From the IMG/VR virus record IMGVR_UViG_3300005611_000041: 51,354 nt of DNA; one strand, 5' to 3'. This DNA is from a virus. The number at the start of each line of letters is the position of its first letter. Within the stretch, counting starts at the first letter, position 1. The position numbers were made by a program, and so were the translations under genes. Of this stretch, positions 15,902 to 23,801 are shown in pieces. The notes below the pieces were generated by a model that did no database searches, was not told the DNA's origin, and worked only from the letters and a program-made list of their open reading frames with translations.

Positions 15902-16672
15902 ATGGATTTCAAAGTAGGTATCTACGAAGACCTCGACTACCCCACTTACGATTCGATCCCTGCGTGGCGATCTCACGATCTCAGCTCGATAGCTAAGTGC
16001 CCATACACTTGGAAGAACCAAGTGTTCAACAACTCACCCGCGCTGCTTGAAGGCAGGGTGCAGCACACCGTGTTCTTGGAGCATCACAAGTTCTTTGACG
16101 AGTTCGCCATTGAGCCAGCGGTTGATAAACGCACCAAGGCTGGCAAGACGGAATACGCTGAATGGCTTGAGGAACTGGGCGATAAGACACCCTGCAAGCA
16201 GGATATGTATGACATCTGCATGGAGCGCCGCGAGGTGGTCGCTGACTTCATCCCAAAGCCAGAGCATCGCGTCGAGCTGACACTGTGTTGGATCTGGAAT
16301 GGTCAGCCGTGCAAGGGCAAACTTGACTGGCACACTGGCACTGACATTTGGGATCTCAAGACCTGCCGTGACGCTTCACCTCGCGGCTTCAGGAGCGCGA
16401 TCAACACGTTTCGATACCATCAGCAGGCTGCATACTATCTGGCTGGCTGTCGAGCCGTAGGGCTGCCTACCGAGAAGTTTTACTTCTTGGCGCAGGAAAA
16501 GGCTCACCCGTATCCGTTTGGTGTCTATACCTTGTCGGATGAAGCCATAGCCTATGCTGATGCCCAGAACGAACAGGCGATGGCTGTCGGCATTAAGTGC
16601 CGTGAGCAAGACCTATACCTGCCGTACAACCAAGAGGGGATCAAAGAGTTTGGCCTTTCTGACCTTAACTGA
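15902..16672 (+). CDS. RecE/exonuclease VIII-like PD-(D/E)XK nuclease (DUF3799-type)
   Basis: GRVQHT ... KGKLDW ... IWDLKTC ... RYHQQAAYY gives the motif order expected for this family. Confidence 0.7.
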   Translation: MDFKVGIYEDLDYPTYDSIPAWRSHDLSSIAKCPYTWKNQVFNNSPALLEGRVQHTVFLEHHKFFDEFAIEPAVDKRTKAGKTEYAEWLEELGDKTPCKQDMYDICMERREVVADFIPKPEHRVELTLCWIWNGQPCKGKLDWHTGTDIWDLKTCRDASPRGFRSAINTFRYHQQAAYYLAGCRAVGLPTEKFYFLAQEKAHPYPFGVYTLSDEAIAYADAQNEQAMAVGIKCREQDLYLPYNQEGIKEFGLSDLN

Positions 16673-16877
16673 AGAACAGAAAGCCCAAGAGAAGCAGTGG
16701 GCTGATGACATCAAGTATCACGCTGCCCGGTGGTGCTGGAGGCGTAAAGGCTTTGCCACCCCAAACAACCCACCTCACCGCAGGGTGACGTGGGAGCAGT
16801 GGTTTGAGAAAAAGTTTGGTGAGCCGCTCGATGCGTATGCTGAGCGGATGAAAGGACAGAAAAACCAAAAGGGTTGA
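16650..16877 (+). CDS. Hypothetical protein (~75 aa; TTG start proposed)
   Basis: The open frame continues past the exonuclease stop. GAGGGGA lies 8 nt before the TTG, and there is no in-frame ATG downstream. Confidence 0.35.
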   Translation: MAFLTLTEEQKAQEKQWADDIKYHAARWCWRRKGFATPNNPPHRRVTWEQWFEKKFGEPLDAYAERMKGQKNQKG

Positions 16878-16899
16878 CTCTTGGCTTTCTGTCTAAGCG

Positions 16900-17241
16900 T
16901 TACGCTGCTTCTTGCAAGCTCTCTTCGATAAACTGGGAGACCCAGATGTTGATCGCCCAGTATGTGAGCTGACTGGCGTAATCGTCGTAAGACTCTGGCG
17001 TTGCCCCCATGTCCTGAAGCGTATCTTCGGCTTCTGCCCGTAAGTTGCCATCAATGGCCGCGAGGAACTGGTGAGCACGGTAGAAGTAGATTACCCACTC
17101 ATGCTGATCCACCCACTCCCATGCTTTTTCCATGAACTCCTCGATCTCGCTGCACTCGTCTTTGTGCTCTTCGATGATTTCGAGGGCAATGGATTTGCAC
17201 TCGTCGTAGCAATCCCGATATGTCAAAACTGAATCTGTCAT
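16900..17241 (-). CDS. Very acidic early protein (113 aa; 27 D/E against ~6 K/R by my count)
   Basis: AAGGAGAACGTGATGACA leader. Trimmed from the GTG to the ATG. Confidence 0.6.
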   Translation of the reverse strand: MTDSVLTYRDCYDECKSIALEIIEEHKDECSEIEEFMEKAWEWVDQHEWVIYFYRAHQFLAAIDGNLRAEAEDTLQDMGATPESYDDYASQLTYWAINIWVSQFIEESLQEAA

Positions 17242-17258
17242 CACGTTCTCCTTAGTTG

Positions 17259-17274
17259 GGCCGCTTACGCGGCC
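17259..17274 (-). other. Hairpin GGCCGC-GTAA-GCGGCC with the stop codon of 17265..17426 in its loop
   Basis: Read directly. 6-bp GC stem, GNRA-type tetraloop, no U-tract. Confidence 0.6.
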
Positions 17275-17426
17275 TCTGCGATTTGTTTCTTGAGAGAAGC
17301 GATAACACGCTCCACCTCATCGATCCTGCTCTGGTGACCGATGCTTTCGTAGTAATCGAGGTCTCGATAGCAGCCATCAAGCGCACAGTGCAAAGACTCT
17401 AGGTATTGTTCTTGTAAATAGCTCAT
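17265..17426 (-). CDS. Hypothetical early protein (53 aa)
   Basis: ACTAAGGAAAATGTGATGAGC leader. The ORF-track entry was trimmed. Confidence 0.55.
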   Translation of the reverse strand: MSYLQEQYLESLHCALDGCYRDLDYYESIGHQSRIDEVERVIASLKKQIAEAA

Positions 17427-17502
17427 CACATTTTCCTTAGTTGGTTTTCCAAGACACCTTGCGGTGTTTCGGCTGGTAACCACCCAGCCTCGTCAGTTGG
17501 AT

Positions 17503-17724
17503 TTAAGAGGCAAGCTCTGGTCGTTTCCATTCAAGCTCTGCGATCACCTCTTTCTTGGTGCCGCGTCCGCTTACAATGCGAGTACCGTTCTCGGTAGCAA
17601 TCCATCCGCTTCCGCTTTTGCGTACAATGATGTCCTCTGCACCTTTGACTACCCACTCGGCAGCTTCGTTACCGAAACCGTTGCCAGCCCAAAATGCGTC
17701 TGATTTTTTAGTAAGTTTGATCAT
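17503..17724 (-). CDS. Hypothetical early protein (73 aa)
   Basis: CAAAGGAGAACGTGATGATC leader directly downstream of a promoter cassette. Confidence 0.6.
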   Translation of the reverse strand: MIKLTKKSDAFWAGNGFGNEAAEWVVKGAEDIIVRKSGSGWIATENGTRIVSGRGTKKEVIAELEWKRPELAS

Positions 17725-17749
17725 CACGTTCTCCTTTGCTATGCCAACT

Positions 17750-17790
17750 ATTATACAGATTGCCGTGTCGTTGTATACACTTTTGTTCAA
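17750..17790 (-). promoter_or_regulatory. Early promoter cassette copy (TATAAT at 17755..17750; CGACACGG at 17770..17763; GTGTATACA upstream)
   Basis: Conserved with the copies at 4009, 18098, 18631 and 38186. Confidence 0.6.
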
Positions 17791-17791
17791 A

Positions 17792-18061
17792 TTAGCCTTG
17801 ATCTATATGAAAAATATTGTTGTCTCTGGTGATTTCAACGTGCTGACCCGCTCCCTCAAGCAGAGCTGCAATCGTGTGCATGTCTTCTTCCCAAGTCTCA
17901 CCGCAAGTGCGAATCCAAACTTCGTGGTGTACAAATGTATTGGTTGATCCTTGCGAGCCACAACGAAAAACATCTGATCGCTGCTTACGGTTCCTGTGGA
18001 TGCTATGCACGTTGCCCAGCAACTCAGGGCCAATCAGTTTTTTGATTTGTCGAATGTTCAT
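17792..18061 (-). CDS. Hypothetical early protein (89 aa)
   Basis: ORF track. ACGGAGAAAGATGATATG leader. Confidence 0.6.
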   Translation of the reverse strand: MNIRQIKKLIGPELLGNVHSIHRNRKQRSDVFRCGSQGSTNTFVHHEVWIRTCGETWEEDMHTIAALLEGAGQHVEITRDNNIFHIDQG

Positions 18062-18097
18062 ATCATCTTTCTCCGTTAGCGGGGAGGGTCATCCTCC

Positions 18098-18150
18098 CGA
18101 CACAGATATAGTCTCATAATCCCGTGTCGCTGTATACACTTTTATGCAAA
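18098..18150 (-). promoter_or_regulatory. Variant early promoter cassette with a palindromic pair, CGACAC (18098-18103) / GTGTCG (18124-18129)
   Basis: GTGTATACAGCGACACGG is conserved, but the -10 spacing differs. The two half-sites flank TATGAGACTATAT. Confidence 0.45.
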
Positions 18151-18167
18151 ATAGTGTAAATAAATGC

Positions 18168-18190
18168 AAAAAAAGGCCGCTTATGCGGCC
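18168..18190 (-). terminator. Rho-independent terminator GGCCGC-ATAA-GCGGCC + U7; the stop codon of 18181..18606 is in the loop
   Basis: Read directly. Seven T follow the stem on the transcribed strand. Confidence 0.7.
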
Positions 18191-18606
18191 TCCGCTTCGA
18201 TGATTCGATTGTTGATGCTTTCAAGCAATCGGTGCTGCTTGTCGCTCAACAAACCTCCGCTGCCCTTGACAACCGCCTCTAGGTTCAGTCGCGCAAGCTC
18301 CCATTTTCGATCAAGCGGTGTGGTGTCAAATATCTGCTGCACTGTGCCATCGTCTTTGACTACAATACTTCTAACAACCTTGGCATTTTCGTCGTGGTTT
18401 ACCGCGTCCCGCACCCAGCGATTTACTTGACCCAAGTCGTTGAATACGCCCACAGCGATATCGCGTATCTTCAAGCCGTCACCCATCTTGCGTGTCCAGT
18501 TTGCGAGTCGTTTGTCCTCCATGCCCTTGATAACTCTTTCGCTGTGCTGAATGGCAGCAATGTCGTTTAGAAGATTTTTGATTGTGTTTGCTGTGTTTTC
18601 CATCAT
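18181..18606 (-). CDS. Hypothetical early protein (141 aa)
   Basis: AACGGAGAACGATGATG leader. ORF-track entry trimmed to MMENTANT. Confidence 0.6.
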   Translation of the reverse strand: MMENTANTIKNLLNDIAAIQHSERVIKGMEDKRLANWTRKMGDGLKIRDIAVGVFNDLGQVNRWVRDAVNHDENAKVVRSIVVKDDGTVQQIFDTTPLDRKWELARLNLEAVVKGSGGLLSDKQHRLLESINNRIIEAEAA

Positions 18607-18630
18607 CGTTCTCCGTTGTTGATGGCACCT

Positions 18631-18672
18631 ATTATACTGATTACCGTGTCGTTGTACACATTTATTTACAAA
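18631..18672 (-). promoter_or_regulatory. Early promoter cassette copy (TATAAT at 18636..18631; CGACACGG at 18651..18644)
   Basis: Conserved cassette. Upstream is a 12-bp direct repeat, TTATTTACAAAT, at 18663-18674 and 18682-18693. Confidence 0.6.
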
Positions 18673-18693
18673 TAAATGCAATTATTTACAAAT

Positions 18694-19407
18694 TTATGCC
18701 AGTTCGTTGTAGTTATCGATGAGTCGGCGCTTGTTGTAGAGCCAGAAAACCAACAGGTAGCGGTCACCACTCTCGACCGCTAGGCCACGGTGCAGGTTGG
18801 TGAAGGAAGGGAAAATCAGCGCATGGCCGCTGGGCAGCGGACTCAGCACACCGTGATTGTGAAACTCAGTGCCACCGCCCTTGTACTCGTCGGTGTTCAG
18901 CGGAACCACAACGCTGATGTCGGCGCTTTCGTCGTGGTGCCATGCCCCCTTCTGCTTGTCCTTGGGGTTGTAGTTGGCTATCTGGATCGAAGCCACGTCA
19001 TGGCAATCACGCTGGTACAGGCTGTAGAAGATGGGCTGCAAGACGTTCTGCACGACAAACCACATCGTGCGGTACAGCTCTGGCACATGATCCCGTAGCA
19101 CGATCTCTGGGATCTGCCTTAGCTCGTCCTCGTCATCATTGGGCACGAAGGGTATCTCTTGCTCCATCAGCTTGATCTCTTCGACCAACATCTTGCAGAA
19201 CTGCCTGCGAAACAAGGGCACCCGATACACGTCGGGAAAGATGCGCTTGCAGAGCTGGGACACTGGGGTCTTAGCCAGCCGCTCTACACCCTCCCTTGTG
19301 CGGTACTCCGCAATGAGCGGTACGCTTTCCTGTACGGCTTTGTACAGTGGTTGATTAACCATCCAATGCGACTGCATCGACAGCATATAGTTCTTTACTT
19401 CATACAT
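18694..19407 (-). CDS. 2OG-Fe(II) oxygenase (prolyl-4-hydroxylase-like)
   Basis: WHHDES (H-x-D), distal His in NLHRG, and Arg in GDRYLLVFW. 237 aa. The exact start is uncertain. Confidence 0.8.
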   Translation of the reverse strand: MYEVKNYMLSMQSHWMVNQPLYKAVQESVPLIAEYRTREGVERLAKTPVSQLCKRIFPDVYRVPLFRRQFCKMLVEEIKLMEQEIPFVPNDDEDELRQIPEIVLRDHVPELYRTMWFVVQNVLQPIFYSLYQRDCHDVASIQIANYNPKDKQKGAWHHDESADISVVVPLNTDEYKGGGTEFHNHGVLSPLPSGHALIFPSFTNLHRGLAVESGDRYLLVFWLYNKRRLIDNYNELA

Positions 19408-19435
19408 TGTACAATCTTATACAATCTTGTAGACT
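19407..19435 (+). promoter_or_regulatory. Putative promoter TTGTAC-N17-TAGACT carrying two TACAATCTT direct repeats (19410-19418 and 19420-19428)
   Basis: Read in the divergent gap between the oxygenase gene and the RHH gene. Confidence 0.4.
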
Positions 19436-19461
19436 TCATCAATAATTTGCAGGAAATGATC

Positions 19462-19671
19462 ATGGCAAAAGAAAAAGTTTTGGACGAGGACGGCATGGAG
19501 GTCGATGCGATTTATCGTGATGACCGCAAGCGCAAGTCGCTCGCCATCGACGAAGACACCTACTGGAAGCTACGACAGATTTGCGGTAAAGAGCGCCGCA
19601 CCCTGATCAGTCAGTTACAGCTAATGATTGAAGACCGTTACGACGAGCTTTTCGATAAGGATCGACATTGA
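19462..19671 (+). CDS. Ribbon-helix-helix-like DNA-binding protein (69 aa)
   Basis: KRKSLAIDEDTYWKLRQICGKERRTLISQLQLMIEDRY fits a strand-helix-helix pattern. Confidence 0.5.
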   Translation: MAKEKVLDEDGMEVDAIYRDDRKRKSLAIDEDTYWKLRQICGKERRTLISQLQLMIEDRYDELFDKDRH

Positions 19672-19940
19672 AAAACATATTCAAAAAGAAACCAGCTCAG
19701 ATACCGCAATCGTATCGGCCCGTGGCTAACGCTGACGAAGTGATAGATCTGTTCAGCAGGATGACCCTGCATCAACAGGCTGCGCTACTACGGCTTTGTA
19801 GCCGCAACCTCATGATCGACTTTGATGGTGAGTTCCATATGGGTTACGACTTCGATTGGAATGTCAGCGGCGCAATGATCATCGCCAGCCCTGCCGAGCC
19901 AGAACTTCCCATGCTAGGCGAGGGAAGCGATCCCGCCTAG
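19668..19940 (+). CDS. Hypothetical protein (90 aa, TTG start)
   Basis: TTGA overlap with the RHH stop. The 3' end overlaps the convergent gene by 27 nt. Confidence 0.4.
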   Translation: MKNIFKKKPAQIPQSYRPVANADEVIDLFSRMTLHQQAALLRLCSRNLMIDFDGEFHMGYDFDWNVSGAMIIASPAEPELPMLGEGSDPA

Positions 19941-22475
19941 CGGCCCTCTCAGGCGCATGGCAAGCTCCCTATCCTTGTCTGATGGCAGGATAGTAGGCGA
20001 CATGGCTGGGTCTATCTGGCCTAGTGTGGGGGTTGCTGACGGGCCTTGTGGGAGCGGTTCAAATGCCGATGCGTCACCGCCAACCTGTGGAACCGATAAG
20101 CCTTGCAGCATAGCCTGCGGGTCTTGCGATGGTTGCTCTGGCTGAGTCACTTCCTTGGCACTCTCAATCATCTCTATGCCTTGAGGCCCACGCTCTAAAC
20201 GACCCGTTTCTGGGTTGATCTGATCTGGAACCAGCCTGTCTTCGAGTATATTGTCAAAAACTTCCGAGCCACCGCGAGCGGCTGCTTGAGAGACGAAATA
20301 AACAGTAGGGCTAACCGCATCGATGGCTTTTGCTAAATCAGCAGCCACAGTTGGGTCAATTAGCGCCTCAATAAGTTTGTCTTCGTAAACCTCACGTTGA
20401 AACGCAATGTTTGCCGCTGTCGCATCGTCAAAACCTCGAATCAAGATGCGTTGAGGTATTTCCATAGCCGCTCTAACAGCACTAGCAGCTATCCGTCCCA
20501 AACCGCGAGTTTCTTTGTCTAAAAGCTTTTGCATTGCTAATAAGGGTTGGGTAGGCGATCCGCCTTTTGAAGCAATAAAGCTGGTTGCCTGCATCATCTC
20601 AACCAGATCAACGAAGTTTTGAAGCTCAGTTGGCTCTAAAATTGCCTCAAATACTTTAGCCTTGGTGCCTCTGGCCTTTTCTGCACCTCGACCCATCATG
20701 GTCTTGCCTCTGATGCCCAGTCTACTCAGGAAGCGATTAGGCACTCCAAGCGGATTGGTGCTTGACGCTATTGCGTCATCGAACTGGGTGCGCAACCATG
20801 TGCCCTTTATATTCTGCCAAACCTGCGGATCTTCCGTCTGGATTAAGCGGCGCAGCAATGTAAGGTCTTTTGGTTTGATGTTTCCACTGAATAGTTTTTG
20901 CGTCAGCCGCGCTGCCTGTTCACCACCAAGCTCTGCTGCTTGAGCAAGATTGTTTATAACGCTTCTTTCTAACGCTTGCAGATGACCTTTCGACGGATCG
21001 TAAATAGCCGTAGCTCTTGCGTATTCTGGGTTTGCAGTCTTGAGCCTGCTCGATACTTTCTCCCTGATTTGGCTGACTTCTCGCTTTAGCGTTGCTTGAG
21101 CGTCTTTGGTTAAGCCTTCAATGAGGGGTCTAAAGTCGTTTCTCAGAGCGTTGTGCAGCATCTCAGTATTGTCTTTAAGTGCTAACGCCCCTTGGTTGCT
21201 ATCTAACTGAGTCTTGGACAATCCAGAAAAATCGGTCAGGGCATCTAAAAGTTCTTGCTTAACACTTCTGGCTTTGCCTCTGAGATTCGGATCGGCCAAA
21301 TCCATCTGCAATTGTCGTGCGATATCACTTACGTCGATTGGAGTTTCTAGCTCAAAAGCGTTTTGATAAACAGGCGTTGCCCTTTCTTGACGCTTAGCCG
21401 CAAGCTTCTTGAGCACCTCATCAGAGGCTTTGGTTAAATCCACATCTGGATCAAGACCTTGCCGCCCAGACAGCCTAGATTTCTTCAAACCAGCCAAGTA
21501 ATCGCCACGCAAAATTTCGCTAAAGAAAACGTCTGCCGCTTCTTCAACCTGTAGCTGTCGGTTGTGGTAGAAGTCCCAAAGCTTTTGCGAGCCGGGCTGC
21601 ATCTGCAAGTAACGCTGAATGGCACCAGCGTTGCTCATGATGCCTTGAGCCTCTGCCCGTGTTAGGTCAACACCAAACCTTTCTTTGGCAAAAGCAATTT
21701 TTTCATCAATAGTTTCGCCGCCATCTCGCAAGATGGTTTCAAGCGCGGTCTTGCCGTCTTTGCCGGGGAATCGAGTAGATGCGGTTCTAAACGCGCTGCC
21801 TGCTAACTGTGCGGCCTTGGTTCCAAAAGGAATAGCGCCAAAAGCGGCGCTAACCATCAAGTCATCGGCAAGTTTTGACGTTTTAAGAGGTGGCCCGTCA
21901 AACGCTGCGGATATCCCAGCTCGACCTGCGTACACCGCGCCACCACCAACAGCCGTGCCGCCAGCGCCGCCAGCAGCCGCTCCAAATGGGTTGCCAGTCA
22001 AAAAAGCACCACCAACTAAGCCAGCCGTCCCGCCGCCTAGCTCGCCAAGAAATTGTGCAGTTGGGCCAACATAACGAGCGGTATCGACAAGCAAGTTGTC
22101 TTTGAACTCTTTGACTACCTCATTGCTGTATGGGTCGATGTAGGCAATGTCTTCGTCTTCATCTAAGAAGTAGTAATCAACAGGATCTATGCCGCGCTCT
22201 ACCAGCTCTGGAAATCGTTGCTGTGCAAGCCATGCGGTCTGATAGCCTTGATCGTTTGATAACCCTTGAAGTAACGCGGTGCCGACACCTGATTTTTCTT
22301 GTTCCCGCTCTATTAGCTGCTGCTCTCTTGGGGTCGGAGCGACCAGCTCTGATGTCATTTCAAGCATGTTTTGTTCGTGCGCTTCTGCAAACCCTTTCTT
22401 TTTCAAGAGGTCATCGACAGTCTCGCCGTCTGCCACGGTGTACTCAATGCCTTGGTAAGTTACCTGCGTGGTCAT
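19914..22475 (-). CDS. Large internal virion / ejection-type protein (853 aa)
   Basis: Last gene of the structural operon. Contains a Gly/Ala-rich hydrophobic segment (GGGTAGLVGGAFLTGNPFGAAAGGAGGTAVGGGAVYAG). Its position is analogous to T7 gp15/16. Confidence 0.45.
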   Translation of the reverse strand: MTTQVTYQGIEYTVADGETVDDLLKKKGFAEAHEQNMLEMTSELVAPTPREQQLIEREQEKSGVGTALLQGLSNDQGYQTAWLAQQRFPELVERGIDPVDYYFLDEDEDIAYIDPYSNEVVKEFKDNLLVDTARYVGPTAQFLGELGGGTAGLVGGAFLTGNPFGAAAGGAGGTAVGGGAVYAGRAGISAAFDGPPLKTSKLADDLMVSAAFGAIPFGTKAAQLAGSAFRTASTRFPGKDGKTALETILRDGGETIDEKIAFAKERFGVDLTRAEAQGIMSNAGAIQRYLQMQPGSQKLWDFYHNRQLQVEEAADVFFSEILRGDYLAGLKKSRLSGRQGLDPDVDLTKASDEVLKKLAAKRQERATPVYQNAFELETPIDVSDIARQLQMDLADPNLRGKARSVKQELLDALTDFSGLSKTQLDSNQGALALKDNTEMLHNALRNDFRPLIEGLTKDAQATLKREVSQIREKVSSRLKTANPEYARATAIYDPSKGHLQALERSVINNLAQAAELGGEQAARLTQKLFSGNIKPKDLTLLRRLIQTEDPQVWQNIKGTWLRTQFDDAIASSTNPLGVPNRFLSRLGIRGKTMMGRGAEKARGTKAKVFEAILEPTELQNFVDLVEMMQATSFIASKGGSPTQPLLAMQKLLDKETRGLGRIAASAVRAAMEIPQRILIRGFDDATAANIAFQREVYEDKLIEALIDPTVAADLAKAIDAVSPTVYFVSQAAARGGSEVFDNILEDRLVPDQINPETGRLERGPQGIEMIESAKEVTQPEQPSQDPQAMLQGLSVPQVGGDASAFEPLPQGPSATPTLGQIDPAMSPTILPSDKDRELAMRLRGPLGGIASLA

Positions 22476-22478
22476 CTA

Positions 22479-23801
22479 TTACTCTACTTCTGAAAAATCC
22501 GTAACCATTGTTGAGCTTTTCACCTCTGGACGCAAAGCCGTGCGAAGGGTTCTGGCCTCCTTGCTCTCTTCTGCGGCAAATCGACGCAGCTCACCAGTTT
22601 CTTCAGCGGTCAAAAACGGGTTCTTCTTCTGCCAGCCAATCTCCCAAGACCTAGCAATCCTAAGCCTATCTGAAGCAGTTTCTGCACCGTCCAAAATGCC
22701 CTCTTGGACGGCTTGGTTCCAGTCTTCCGCCCTTTTAATGTTTAGGTTGCCAATTCTTTGCAATAGCGCAGCTTGTTTCAAAGCACCTTCGTAGGTAGAC
22801 GCAAGAGTTGGCGATGCCGACAAAAACAACCTCATTTCCATCTCGGTAATCGCGCCTTTTGTTTGTCCCACCAAAGCCATTGCGATTCTTGTTCCAAGCG
22901 TGTTCACAAGCTGTTGATCAGAGATGGTTTTATCAACAACAATCCCTAAATCGTCCAAAATTTGACGAGCGCCCAAAGTTCCAGCCTCAACTACACCAAA
23001 GCCGTCTGGCCCCAGCTTTTGTAGTTGATACAAAAACATGCTGGTCAATTGGTTTTGCGAAATGCCTTGTTTCGCTTCGTCTGCCCACTCTTTTTCTAAC
23101 TCATTTAGCGTTTTTGCTGACTCTTTGTCGTAAGTGCTTTCAGGGGTGGTGCGAGAATCAATCGTGATCTGCGAGTCGGCAAGCTTAATTTGTTTGGCAC
23201 CCGGTATTCTTCGGATGGTTGCCACTTCCACTGGATTGCGAGGGTCAACCTCAATAGTGTAAGTCTCACCAGTTTTGGGGTCAGGAACCTCGTAAATCAA
23301 AGGGTCATACGGCTTGCCAGCAAGCTTGATCCTCTCAAGCTCTAGCTTGTTCAAATAATCTTTTGCTGCCCTTTCGTCCGCCATAGCCATCTGCATGGCC
23401 TGCAAACCAATCTGTCGATCTAGCGCAAGACGGCTTTCTTTGTCTTTGCGTAAACGCTCGTTGAAGTTCGAGAATCCAATGCCTGCACTACGAAACGCGC
23501 CAGCAGTTGGGTCAGCAGACAGCATAGCCCTGCCAATGTCTGAAGCCATGTCGTAAAAAGTTGGTCGAGTAGACTGAGAAAAATATGGCGCAAGGCGCTG
23601 GGAGTATTTTTCAAAGCTTGCGTCAAAGTCAAAAGGCTTTGGCTGCAAAGCTTGAGCCATTTCGTCAATTTGTTTTTGAACAGGATCTTCTAGCTGCTCC
23701 GTATCCAACGGCTTTAAGCCCGTGCCGCTGCCGTACTCCTCCACTGGATCACCGCTTAAACCAACAATCTGCTGCTCTAACTGCGCTCTATCTATGGCCA
23801 T
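22479..23801 (-). CDS. Internal virion-type protein (440 aa)
   Basis: ORF track. The assignment rests on position only. Confidence 0.4.
   Translation of the reverse strand: MAIDRAQLEQQIVGLSGDPVEEYGSGTGLKPLDTEQLEDPVQKQIDEMAQALQPKPFDFDASFEKYSQRLAPYFSQSTRPTFYDMASDIGRAMLSADPTAGAFRSAGIGFSNFNERLRKDKESRLALDRQIGLQAMQMAMADERAAKDYLNKLELERIKLAGKPYDPLIYEVPDPKTGETYTIEVDPRNPVEVATIRRIPGAKQIKLADSQITIDSRTTPESTYDKESAKTLNELEKEWADEAKQGISQNQLTSMFLYQLQKLGPDGFGVVEAGTLGARQILDDLGIVVDKTISDQQLVNTLGTRIAMALVGQTKGAITEMEMRLFLSASPTLASTYEGALKQAALLQRIGNLNIKRAEDWNQAVQEGILDGAETASDRLRIARSWEIGWQKKNPFLTAEETGELRRFAAEESKEARTLRTALRPEVKSSTMVTDFSEVE

Noticed and set aside
15695-16021. Minus-strand 108-aa ORF in the gap of the plus-strand recombination operon
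   Set aside because: It overlaps the terminator hairpin and the start of the exonuclease gene, has no SD, and has a Ser/Arg/Leu-rich shadow-ORF composition.
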